Source: Monocercomonoides exilis PA203
Lineage: Eukaryota > Protista > Preaxostyla
DNA: 64,000 bases
NCBI GenBank assembly: GCA_001643675.2
Contig: LSRY02000029.1
Coordinates: 186,001-250,000 of the forward strand
Reading direction: 5' to 3'
Below are positions 34,317 through 46,206 of this stretch, in pieces; the stretch's first letter is position 1, and every line of letters starts with the position of its first letter. The notes below the pieces were generated by a model, which worked only from the letters and a program-made list of their open reading frames with translations, searched no databases and was not told where the DNA came from. A program made the position numbers and the translations under genes.

Positions 34317-36865
34317 TTATCGAGTTCCTGCATGTATTTCCACAATGTATCTGATTCGTATTTGAGAAGGGTTATACACAACAAATTCACTCTGACCCCC
34401 TCCTCCGTTTTGAACGTTTCCCACTTTGCCCAGCGGAACACGCAGCCCCGCAGAAATCAGAGTCAGCTCGTCAGCGTCCGGCACCATTCCCCCCTGAAGC
34501 AGCACGCTGTCGCACCCTTTTGGGGGACGCTCGACCCAAGGGTTGTTCGAAGGGTAGATCGTCCCCAGCGCCACCTCGCAGATGAGCATGTACAGCGTGC
34601 GCTTCTTATCGTTGCGCCCTTCTTTCATCGCATACCCCATCGACGTCAGCGCCATGTCTGCAAAGAAGATGCCGTAGTCCCCACACATGATCGGCTTTCC
34701 CGGCTCTGTGAACGACTGCGGCGACTTCAGCCCCGTCGCCAAGATGCCAAGCAGGTTCGTCGCAGGCGTCCCGTGCCACAGCAGCATCCGGTTCGGGTTG
34801 TCCTTCCACGGCGCAAAGCGCACGTCCTCGTCGGGCCGATCAGCAGCGAAGATGCGGTAGATCGACGCGCTGTACTGTTTCCCAGTCATCGACCCTCTCC
34901 AGTACTTCTGCACCAGCTGGAAGCGCGGGTCCTCGGGCTTCAGCTTCTCAAGCGTCGTGTTCAGTGCGCGGAGGATGCCGCTCTCGCGCGGCTCGCCAAA
35001 GACCGGGGGCGCGTTCGCCCGCCGGAAGGACTCGATTGCGTAGGACAGCTGCACCAGCTGCCGCGGAAACATGCTCAGCTGCCCGTTCTCCACCTGCGCA
35101 AGTGTCAGCTCTCTCCCCGGGATGCGCGGTATGATCCGGTTGAACTCGTCAATCAGCTCCTGCACCTCTCTCACCGCATCCTTTGGCACTTTCTGCCCTG
35201 TCCACGCACCCATGTTGTAGAATGCGACAGGAGGTTGCTGTGTGGCATTTTTGTTTCCTCTGTTCATAATGAGGTTGATGTCTGTCAGAATCGAAAAAGC
35301 AGCCGAGAAATGCCACGGTGACAGATCAGTCATCGGCAGCTCTTTGAAATTGATTCCGCTCTCTGCGAAAACATTCGTGAACAGCGTCGGCTTCGAGATG
35401 GCGTGGATGAACATGTACACAGAGTCATCGGACGACTCATTAGAACTCATCCACGGCCTCACTTTCTCCGCTTCGTCGTCCACCACCTGTCCTTTTTCGT
35501 TGTAAATTGCCACTTTAACAGGAAACGAAAATCCTGTTGAGCACAAAAACTCCTCGCGGAATGCTCTTTTTGCCTCGTTCATTGAGATATACACATTCAA
35601 CCGCGTGATAAACCCAGCCTCCAAAAGAGAGTCGTTGTACTCTGCAGTCGTTTTGTGTGTTTTCCCCGCAATGCCAAAGGGATTCCATGGATTGTGACGC
35701 ACCCTTTTCGCGGGCGATTTATCGTCCTTGGCAGGTTTCGTTTCTCCGTGCATGATGTATCCCATCTGTCGCAGCTGCTCCTCGTTCCCGCTCCACCTGT
35801 GCCACACGTAGAAAGGAGTGTCAGAGTCCAGCTGCAGCAGCTGGATGTAGTGGAACGTCTCGTGGTCTGTGCCTTTCTTCCGGTCCACAATCGCACTCCA
35901 CGCAGATCCCCCCGGCTCCTGCAGCACATGCGCAATGCCCTTCAGCGTGCAGCACTCGTCCACTTCAGGATGGGATTCGATTGTGATGTATGACGGAAGA
36001 TCCACAATTGGCGGTGGCAAGTCGTGAAATGACGTGGTGGCCTTTCGAAGATCGTCAAACACTGTGGGAGATATAGGCGGCGTTATTGGAGGTGTCTCCG
36101 ATGGAGAGATGTTATTTGAAAAATAGCCATAGTCTGGGTCTTGAAATGATAATGAAGAAGAAGACGATGATGATGAAGAAGGAAAGTCGAAGGATGCTTG
36201 AGATTTGGAAGCATCATCTTCTTTAAAGAATTCAATGCTCGGATCTTTTTTAAAAAGTTGAAATGGATTTTGATTAGAGGAGGATAATGAGGAAGAAGAA
36301 GAGGAGGAAGAAGAAGAAGCAGAGACTGATGCAGATGCAGGAGGAGATACAGAAACAGAAGCAGATGCAGAACCACAAGCAGCAGCAGAAGAAGCAGATG
36401 AAAATGGACAAGATGTCGACTGAAATGAACTTGTTGGATCGCTTTTCAGACTTTTCTGATCAATTGAATTCGCTTTCATTGCTGATTCTATTGATTCAGT
36501 CACTGCTTGCCAAATTGATTGTTCTTCTTTTTCTTTTTCCTTAAGTTCTCTTTCAGCCTCTTTTCGGGATTCCTCCAATACTCGCGCCAATTCTTCATCT
36601 TCATCTTCTTGAGGAAATGACTGTTGAAAACTTTCAAAATCATAAAAATCATCTTGCTTCGCATCAACGCGTGAATCTGTTTCAGCTATTAATTTTGAAG
36701 AGTTACCGTATTTCAATTACAGAAATAAGAACATTTTTATCAAAAAATCCAAATTAAAAATTAAAAAGTGTAACAATAAAAAATCAAAAATGAAATGTCC
36801 ATACCAACACCCGTCTTTTCAGATTTTATTATTCTTTCCTCTGCAACTCTTTTTTCTTCTTCCAT
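34317..36865 (-). CDS. PARP-family ADP-ribosyltransferase with UIM-like motifs, WGR-like domain, regulatory and catalytic domains; 2 exons
   Basis: Exons 36865-36805 and 36685-34317; NRMLLWHGT, GILATGL, YGIFFAD, CEVALG, SEFVVYNPSQIRIRYIV; WGR-like FHYIQLLQ...FYVWHRWS; UIM-like DEDEELARVLEESRKEAE. Confidence 0.9.
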
Positions 36866-37183
36866 TTAAGAAAAAATGGTAAAAAATCAAACGTAATGAT
36901 GTGAAAAAAGTATGGAATCACAATTTTCAACATTTCAATTTTTCAAAACTCTTTATTTGCTGCTAACATGAATTAATATTAGAAAAAAGCTTTTGTGTTC
37001 TCTCCAATGGAACATTCAGTTTTTTTTTCAAGTGATAAGAACTTTTTTTAAAAAATATTAAATTTAAAATTTCATTTTTCATCATTATTAAAAGAAACCA
37101 CGCATTATTCTAAATTCATGATACAAACAATGAAATGAAAGTCAAATGAATAACAAAAAATTTCCAAAAATAAAAATTATTAT

Positions 37184-38664
37184 TCAAATATCGTCCAAAT
37201 ACCATTCATCATAATCATCACCAGAAGGTATTTTCACGCTTTCCTCATCGTCTTTGAAGTATCCATCATCGTCTTCGTTCTTCTTATTTTTCTTCTGGTT
37301 CTCTGCTTTCTCTTTCTCATACTCCTCTTCTCTCCTCCTGTCGTCATCCAGGTCCTTCTCCCATCCAGGATGCTCAATATTCCTCTGCTTTCTGAACGTC
37401 GCAGCCAAAAATGAGTCAAATTCAGCCTCTTTGTCGCAGATGATGAAGTTGTCGTAGATCGACCCAGACTCCACCTGCCAGATGTCTATCGCAATGTACC
37501 GGAACCGGAACGCCTTCGCCTTCATAACCTCGTCGTTATACTCCGGGTTTGGTATCAGCGGCGGCTTCCATTCTCCCACATAAGCAGGGTTTTTAATCAT
37601 CCTCCGCTTCCACGTGCCTTTGTACTTCGGGTTCCTCATCAATGGCGCAATCCACTTCCCGTCGTTCTCGTCCCAGTCTGCCGGTTTGACTGCATCTGGG
37701 TCGGGAATGAGCTTCGGCTGGTCCCAGTCTGCTGGCTTTGTGTCGTTCATATCCAGAATCTCCTCTTCTTCGGCCCAATCGTCAGGTTTTGTTGCGTTTG
37801 TATCGTTAATCTAATGAAAATTTACAAAAATGATAAAAAAAAGTTAAGTTCGAAAACATAATCAGAAAACATTTTTTTTCCAAATTGAAAAATATAACAA
37901 TCTTTTCATTAATCAATAAATAATTATTCACACAAGTCTAGTTGGGAACCATTCCCATTGCTCGCTTATATCTCCTTCTGATTCAGTATGATTATCAAGT
38001 TGAACTTTATAAGTTCCATTTCTATACAATTTTAATGCATAGAGATGGGTTTCGTTGTCTTTAACTGTCTTAATCTTATTCTTTAATGGATATTCGGTTC
38101 CGTTCATCTTCACGATAACATGAATATGATCATTAATCATGCCACAAAAATCAGGGCCGAACATAAGTTGATATTCCGTTTCGTTGGTGAAATTCTTAAC
38201 ATTGGCTCCCTCAGGAAGAAACTTTATGTATGATCCTGAACATTTTTGCTGCTTTGTTTGAACAAGAGTAAAACCGATAAATAAATCTTTCTTAAAATTT
38301 GTGACAGTTTCTCCAATATCAGCAACAGCCATGTAATATTTTTCATCTTGTGACGTTTTCAAGCCTTTTGCATTTTCTGGATGCCACGCTTTTTCAGGTG
38401 CTTCCCATGTAAATTTTCCTTGTTTTCCATCTTCTGCATGGACGTTACTCATCATCCACCGTGATGGCCATGTATCTGCATTTTTAGCGAGAATGTTATT
38501 TTAAAAATCAATCAAACACGAAAATTACATAAAAATGATAAAAATTTTTCAAAAATCAATTTCGTTCACTGACAATATTAATTATAAATCAAACAATCAA
38601 ATTCTTCTTTAAAATACACTTTTGAATGGTGAAGTCCAATAAGAAAACAGAATATCAAGAGCAT
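37184..38664 (-). CDS. CALR: Calreticulin, 412 aa, 3 exons
   Basis: Exons 38664-38595, 38475-37934, 37810-37184; signal peptide then VYFKEEF; CSGSYIK, MFGPDFCG, KPxDW and NPxYxG repeats, IDIWQVESGSIYDN; acidic tail and no TM segment. Confidence 0.9.
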
Positions 38665-38797
38665 GATTATTTATGTAACGAATAATGGCAAACAGTTTTT
38701 CATTCATATGAATAAAAAGCTTGTATTTCAACATTGAATTAATTTTCAATTCTTTGCTATTTAAAAAATTCAGCCATAATTGCTTTATCAGTTTTTA
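38665..38797. promoter_or_regulatory. Putative bidirectional promoter between calreticulin and FAM228-like
   Basis: 133 bp of AT-rich sequence between divergent ATGs. Confidence 0.45.
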
Positions 38798-41283
38798 ATG
38801 TCCAAAATCAAAAACGGCTATAATTTTTATAAAGAGGATTATCAATTAAATAAACATGAAAATATGGTATGACATAATTTTTAGTATAATCCATCCTGAG
38901 CATAAAATTCATAATAATTTTTAAAGTCCGATTTGAAAGAAAAGCAAAACTTTGGATATTTCAAGCCGAAAACATTTCCATCATCCGATGCAGATGAGAG
39001 AAATGGTACAAAGAATGCTAAGCTAAATGAAATAAAAGAGAATCACGAAGTATATTTTTTGCATCGCATGTTCATGCAATATTTAATTTTTATTTTTTTT
39101 TAGAAACAGATGAAAGAGACGCAAGATATAAAAACTGCTGAACTTCTTCAAAAACTTGGGGAAATAAATGAAGAAAACGAAACTTTTGTGAAAAAGATTA
39201 AGCAATCATTAGGGCAGAGTGATACTCATGCGTATACCAAGCAGAGTAGTCTTCATCACGAATGGAATTCAAAAGTTTACAAAAATGCAAGAGATCAAGT
39301 TGTCAGTCAGATAGACTCATATCCTGGTTTTGCCTCTCATGTTCAATTAGATAAGCTCTTCAACAACTATCTGAGAATTGGAAGTGAAAAGCGTTTGAAT
39401 ATATATTTTTTATTCAAAAAAATGAATGCTCGTTCAAATATTCTATATTTTTTAAAGAACTTTTTCTTGACGAAGTCATTGAGCGAGATTACAACCCGTT
39501 CACCTGGAAATCCAAAACGATTCGCTACCGCACCATTCCACCCGAAGAGCATCCAATCACCGGAATTGAGGCGCTGAATGAGAAAGAACGGCTGCTCGCC
39601 CACTCAGCCGGAGAGCTCAGCAGACGGAAGAGAGAGGCAGCAGCGTCAGAAGAAGCCGCACTCCGCACAAAAGAAGAAATCCAAAGAAAAGAGCACGCTC
39701 GGCTGCGGCGGCGAAAGTCCCGCCCTTCTTCTCCCAACCGCTCTTTCTCTTCTCAGGCTCAAATGTCGCCTCGCATGCAGCTCCTTTCATCGCCTCCTGG
39801 TTCTCCCCTCACTTCTCCTCATGTGCTCTACCCGTCTGACACTTTGAATATGACGGGGCGCTCTCCTTCTCCAAGTTTGCTTGGTTCTTTTAGCTCCCCT
39901 TCTTCTTCAACACCACTGGCGTTTGATTCATTGCCCTCAGAAAAGACGGAGTTTCAGTTTGTAGACAACGACACTGCAATTAAATTTCAGGTCCCAATGT
40001 TGAATTTGTCGAGCCGGCAAACAAAAAGCGGATCTCGCACTTCTTCTTCCTCTCATTCTTCATCTTCCTCCTCTTCTTCTTCTCCTTCTTCTCCCTTTCC
40101 TACTTCTCCTTCTCCTTCTCCTTCTTCATTCCCCTCTTCCTCAGTTAGTTTCGTCCCATTTCCCACAAAATCCTGCCCTCCTCTTTCGCCTTCTTTGCAG
40201 TCAAACGCTTCTTCCTCTTCAAGCTGCCACTCCTTCCACATACCCCTCACCCCTTCTTCGCTCGATTCTTCTGCTTCTAATTCTTCCTTCTTCTCCTCCT
40301 TTCAGCATTCTTCTCCTTCTTCTTCTTCTCCTTTCCTCTCTGCAAGAAACCAAATGTCTTCTGCACAATCACATCATCATCATAACCATCATCATCATCA
40401 AAATCAACAACAGAAGAAACAGAAGCAGAAGAATTGCCAACAACCATATCCTTCTCATCCTCCTTCGTCTATGATGCAGGTTCTGATGGCAACTGAACGC
40501 AAAAATGATCTTTTTTCCTCTTCTTCTCCTTCTTCTCCTTCTTCTCCTTCTCCTTCCTCTTTCTCTTCTTCCTCTTCCTCCTCTTCTTCTTCACCTTTCT
40601 CTTCTTCTTCTTTCAGTGAAAGACAATCCATTCTATCAACAAGATGCAGAAGAGGTCAACGAAAACCTCAACATCCATTAACTGCTCGTTCGCCTTCATT
40701 CGAAGCTTCTTCTTCTCCTTTTGCATCCAGCACACCCTCCTCCTTCTCTTCTGGCTCTTCTCGTTCTTCTTTCCGTCCCTTCACGGCTTCTGCAGTTGCT
40801 TCTTCTTCTCCTTCTTCTTCACTAAAACCACTTTCTTCGCGTCACAGCTCATTTAGGTCTGCTTCTTCTTCTAATTATTATTCTTCTTCCTCTTCTCCTT
40901 CTTCTTCTCGAACTTATTCTTCTTCTTCTTCCTCTTCTTCTCGTTATCCTTCTTCTCCTTCTTCTTCTCTTCCCTCTCATTCATCTTCCTGTTCTCAATC
41001 ACCTGTATATCCACCCCATTCACCAGCCAAAGCAGCGTCGATGGGCAAGCGCTTTCCAGTCGACCCACGCCAATGGTCAAAGATTGATGGGGGTGTATTT
41101 GACACCAGGCAATCTTCTATTCAGATGAAGAAAAGAGATCCGTTCACCCAATATAAATTCAAAACGCAAATCGTCACGGATGAGCTGTCGGCGAGGTCTG
41201 AGGGTTCTTTTGAGCAGCCGTTGTTTAGATCTTCAAAGAGAATCTTTCCTAACGCACGAGCAGACAAAATTTGTCTTGCTTAA
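38798..41283 (+). CDS. FAM228-like protein with a long Ser-rich extension, 4 exons
   Basis: Exons 38798-38866, 38927-39049, 39104-39392, 39458-41283; LHHEWNSKVY...FLDEVIERDYNPF resembles the FAM228 core. Confidence 0.55.
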
Positions 41284-41625
41284 CACTTTTGTAAATCTTT
41301 TTGAAAATTAGTTCTTTATTTGCTTTAAGAATTTTTTTTTTTTTTTGTTCATTGCAAAGCAACTTTTGTTTTGATTATTTTAGCATATATTATATTAAGC
41401 AATATATATTTTCGTATGTATTATTATTTGCTTCTTTCAATTCTGTTCGTACATAGTTGTGCACCATAATTTTATTTTTTCAATATTCTCTTTTTTTAAA
41501 TTGAATTATCCCCCACGACACTCAATTGTTTGTTCGTTTTAACGAATTAGTTTTTTATATCCTTTAATTTTCATCGAACTATTTGGAATAATAAATTTTA
41601 ATATTTTTTCTGGTTTAAAGAAAGC

Positions 41626-44600
41626 ATGCGAAAAGCTAAAACTGCTTCAGTTTCAAATTTAGAAGCAGGTAAGTACTGGGAAGGAATCGACCTCAGTTTA
41701 TATGCAGTGTCTTCCGTTGTGAGAATTCATTTGAGTAATTTTATGGCGTATGACGAGCAAATTTTCTTTCCTGGACCAAAACTGAATGTCATTCTCGGAC
41801 CAAATGGATCTGGAAAATCTACGCTTCTTTGTGCGTTAACACTTGGATTAGGAGGAGGACCTCAAGATCTTCCGCGTCAAAAGAATATCAGTGAGTTCAT
41901 TAGGAACGGAGAACAACGTGAACCTGAAGAACCTCACAGAAAACATCGAAAATTGGATCGTGCCAAAGGAAGGATATCTGACACGCAACAGGAATCTGCA
42001 GAAAGCGATGAATACGATGATGATCAAAATGATCGTGAAATTTTATATGCAACTATTGATGTTTCAATTGTTGTTCCAACTCGTGAAAGCAAAAAAGGAG
42101 TTTTGACAATATCCCGCACTTTTGACAGTAAAGATCGCTCAACATGGAAGGTCAACGGCAAAAAAGCGACAGAAAAGATGATCCATCAGATCGTATCGAG
42201 CCTCCAGATTTTCCCAAATCGCTTAACTCAGTTTCTTCCGCAAGAACGAATCTCCGCATTAGCAGCAATGGACCCCACACGCCTTCTCCAGGAGACGCAG
42301 CCGTCTCTTCTGTGCCCTGAATCCCTCGAGGCGTACCGGATGCTGCTTGAAGGCGGCGGAAGGCGGGCAGACTGGAAAGTGAAAGTGGGAGCAGCGAACA
42401 GAAGGCTGGACACGCTGATCAAAATGAACGAGGCGATTTTGCCTGCAGTAGAGCGCTATCGCCAGGCAGAAGAGCGGCGCGTGCGGATTTCCTATCTCGA
42501 AAAGAAGCGGCTGTGGCTCGTGTATGCGGAGAAGCGGGCAGCAACCAAAGAGAAATTGAGGGAAGTGAAGGAGGCAGAGCAAGAACTGGCAAACCAGCAG
42601 GCGAAAGACCTGACACCTGCGCTGGATGCTGTGAAGAAAGCGAAGGAGAACACAGTCAGAATCGAAAAGCAGCTGAACGAGATGCGACAGAACTTGGGAA
42701 AACTAGCGCGAAAGAGCGAGACAGCGCGAAATAAAGCAGAGGCAGCACGGGCAAAGCAGAAGGATGCGATTGAAGAGGAGGAAGAGAGGACAGACGGGAT
42801 CAAAAGAAGGAGGGCGAACATCGAGCGACTGCGGGCGCGTCTGAAGGAAGAAGAGGAGAAGGCAGCAAAAGCAGCGCAGAGCAGAAGAGAGCTGGACGAG
42901 CAGATTGAGCAAAGCCAAAGAGAAAGTGCCAAAGTGACAGAGGAGCTGCGGCAGGTGCAGAGAGAGAGGGGGACAGCACTGACGTCACTGGCACGGATGC
43001 AGGCACAGCTGCGTGAGCTGGACGAATGGAGCGACTCTGAAGCGAACAGGAGAAGAGATCTGTTAGAAAGGTTTCAGCAGAAGTTTCGAGATCTCCCCAA
43101 AATCGCAGAGATTGTGCAGAGAAACGAGAGAGCGTTCCAGACAGAGCTACTGGGGCCCATTGCGTCGGAGATGGTGGTGAGAGAGGAGCAGCGCAGAGAG
43201 CTGACGTTTGATGGGTCGACGGGGCGGCACTTCCACTCTGATGAATATGGAAGAGAAACAGAGGCAGGTGATGGCTTTGAACAGAGGAGGAGGAGCAGAT
43301 TCGATGGGCATGGCGATGGAGGCAGAAGTGATGTTGTGGCTGGAAGCTTTCTGCACCGCTTCTACACAGAACACATTGTCGGGGTGAATGTGATGCGGTC
43401 GTTTGTCTCGCAGTCGAAGGAGGACGAGGACAGGTTTCATGAGCTGCTGAAGCGCTACGACTTGAAAGGATCGTCGATGAAGCTGTCAGCAGAAGCAACT
43501 CATTCGCTTGAAGAGAACGATGTGAAGCAGGCGCCTGGCTCGCCCCAGCTTCCGTCTTCTTATAGACAGCATATGTCATCGCAACTATCGTCGTCATTAT
43601 CATCTTCTTCTTCCCCTTCTTCTTCTCCATCAGCTCCAATCAACCCCATCCTCCCCAAAATCACCACAACTGAAGCCCTGAATCTTCCCCAAGATGACAT
43701 CGACTACAATTCCATCTATGCCTCTCTGTCTGAGCTCATCGCATGCCCAGCCCCCGTCCGGCGTGTTCTTGACGAGTCTGTGCGAATCCCACTAGTAGCA
43801 GTGGCATCAGAGAATTTCCATAAGACATCTGATTCCTTCTTCAATGATCCTGAGAAATCAAACATTCGAGTGTGCACGCCATCGCGTGTTTTCACCTCAA
43901 AAAGATCGAAATATGACAGAGAGAATGTGGTGGTTACAGCAGAGTATACACGCAAGCCGAACTTCCTCGTTCCGCAGGAGTGGCCGGAGGCTCAGGCGAT
44001 TCCAGTGGCTGTGCAGAAGGCGTATGAGATTGTGGTTTCATTGGAAAGAGAAAAAGAGAAAGAAAGAGAGAAAGAAAGACAAAGAGAAGAATCAGTTCGA
44101 GAAGCTTCTTTGAGAGGAAGGAGGACAGTGAAGAATGAGGCAGACGATGAATTGACACAAATGCCACCTGAGCCGCTCAGAGCAGACAGAGATGGAGATT
44201 CAGAAAGAGGCAGCGATCATCTTTCTTCTTCTTCTTCTTCTTCTTCCAGACAATCAGAACAAACGCATTCATCTAATTCATCTGATTCATCTGTGACACA
44301 TTTCACACCCGAACAGCTAATGACAAGGTCCATCCAGAAGCAGATAGTGATGAAGGCGAAGGTGTATATGCAGCAGCAGCTAAAGGAAGTGCGTGAGCTG
44401 ATCACAAAGATCGATCGCAACTTATCAAGTCTGCGAAAGAGCGAAGACGGAATCACAGCAAAGATGACAGCCATTGCGAACGAGAAGCGACAGATCCAAA
44501 GGTTTGCGGCGCTGCCACGCAACACACAGAGAGAGTTGGCAGCTTTAGAGGCACAAGAAGAGGATGAAGAAGTAGCAGCGTTGAAGGAAGCGAAGAAGGC

Positions 44601-46175
44601 GAATGTGATTATCAGGCCGAAGGAGGAAGAAGGAGACAGAGCAGAAAAAGCAGACAAAGCAACAAAAGCAGATGGAGAGGATGTTCTGACACAGCAGTTT
44701 GGTGAGGATGGGCTGAGTCCGAATAGAAGAGGAGGAAGAGGAGGAGGAGGAGGAGGCACGCAAAGAGAACTGCCATTTGCACCGAAAGAAGCGAAGGTGT
44801 TTGCAACCGGGTTCGACTTTCTTGTCTACAAAGCGCAGGCATCGATTGAGCGGCTGGCGAAGATAGCAGAGCAGCTGGAGAAAGAGTACAAGGCATCGCA
44901 GGACGAACTGAACTTAGCGCGAAACGAGATCACTGCGAAGCAGAATGAGCTGGAGGACGAGAAGTATGTGATCAAGCAGAAGGAAGAAGAAGTTATGCAG
45001 ATTCAGCAGGCGATCAGGGAAGTGAAAGGGAGGCTGGAGAGGGCGAGGCAGGAGCATGCGAATGCAGAGAAAGAGGCAGCAGAGGCAGGAGAAAGAGCAG
45101 AAGAGGCTGCACCACACACAGACGCGACGATTGTGGAGGTGTTTAAGACGCTGCCGAAGACGCTGCCGACACTCGATGCAGAGCTGGACGAGCTCAGAGG
45201 GGCAGCAGAGATGCAGGCAGAGGACAGGCAGGCAGCAGCGAAGGAGCAAGAGTACCTGAGGAGGGAGAAGGAAATAGAAGAGCAGAAGCAGCTTGTGGAA
45301 GAGACGAGCCGGCAGATGATGGCAGAGCAGGCGAAAGCGAAGGAGCTGAAGGAGATTTGGCTGCGGCCGCTGTCGAAGGCGGTGGAGGTGCTGTCGGCGC
45401 TGTTTGAGGAGAACATGAAGTTTGTGGAGCAGAGAGGAGGAGTGAAGATTGGGACGCTGGGGAGAGACGGGAATGTGGAGGAGTTGCTGCTGGGGAAGGA
45501 AAAGAGGAAGGACGGGGAAGAGAAGACGAGGGAGAAAGGAGAGGAGAAAGGGGAGGGTTCACAGGAAGGGAGCAAAAGGAGTGAAAATGAGAAGAAAAGA
45601 AAGAGGAAGAAGAAAGGTGATGGTGATGATGATGATGAAAGTGATGATGAATATGAAAGTGATAGTGGGAGCGACTACGAAGAGGAAGAAAGGAGGAAGA
45701 GGCAGCAGCAAAGACAAGCAAGAAGTGCGTCTTCATCATCATCATCTTCTTCTTCTTCTTCTTCCTCTTCGTTCGATTTCTCCGACGACATAGAGATCGA
45801 AAAAGTGGGTCTTGTCATATGCGTTTCATTTCTGCCTTCTCAGAGCATTCCCCTGCAGCCCCTCTGCCTGGGCAAGCAGTCAGGTGGAGAGAAATCTGTG
45901 TCGTTGATGCTGTTTCTGTTGGCATTGCAGAGAGTGCCAGCGATTATGCAGACAGAATGGAAGGAGCTGGAGAAGCAGATAAAGAGGCAGATGGAGGAGT
46001 TCAAGCAAAATGAGGTGAAAACGGAGGTGGAGAAGAAGAGGAGCCAGGAAAATGGGAAAGAGAAGGAGAAGGAGAAAGAGAAAGAGAAAGAGAAAGAGAA
46101 AGAGAAAGAGAAAGAGAGGAGTAGAGGAGGAAGAAAAAGAGGAAACAATTATGATAGCGATGATGACAGCAGCAG

Positions 46176-46206
<31 letters not shown>

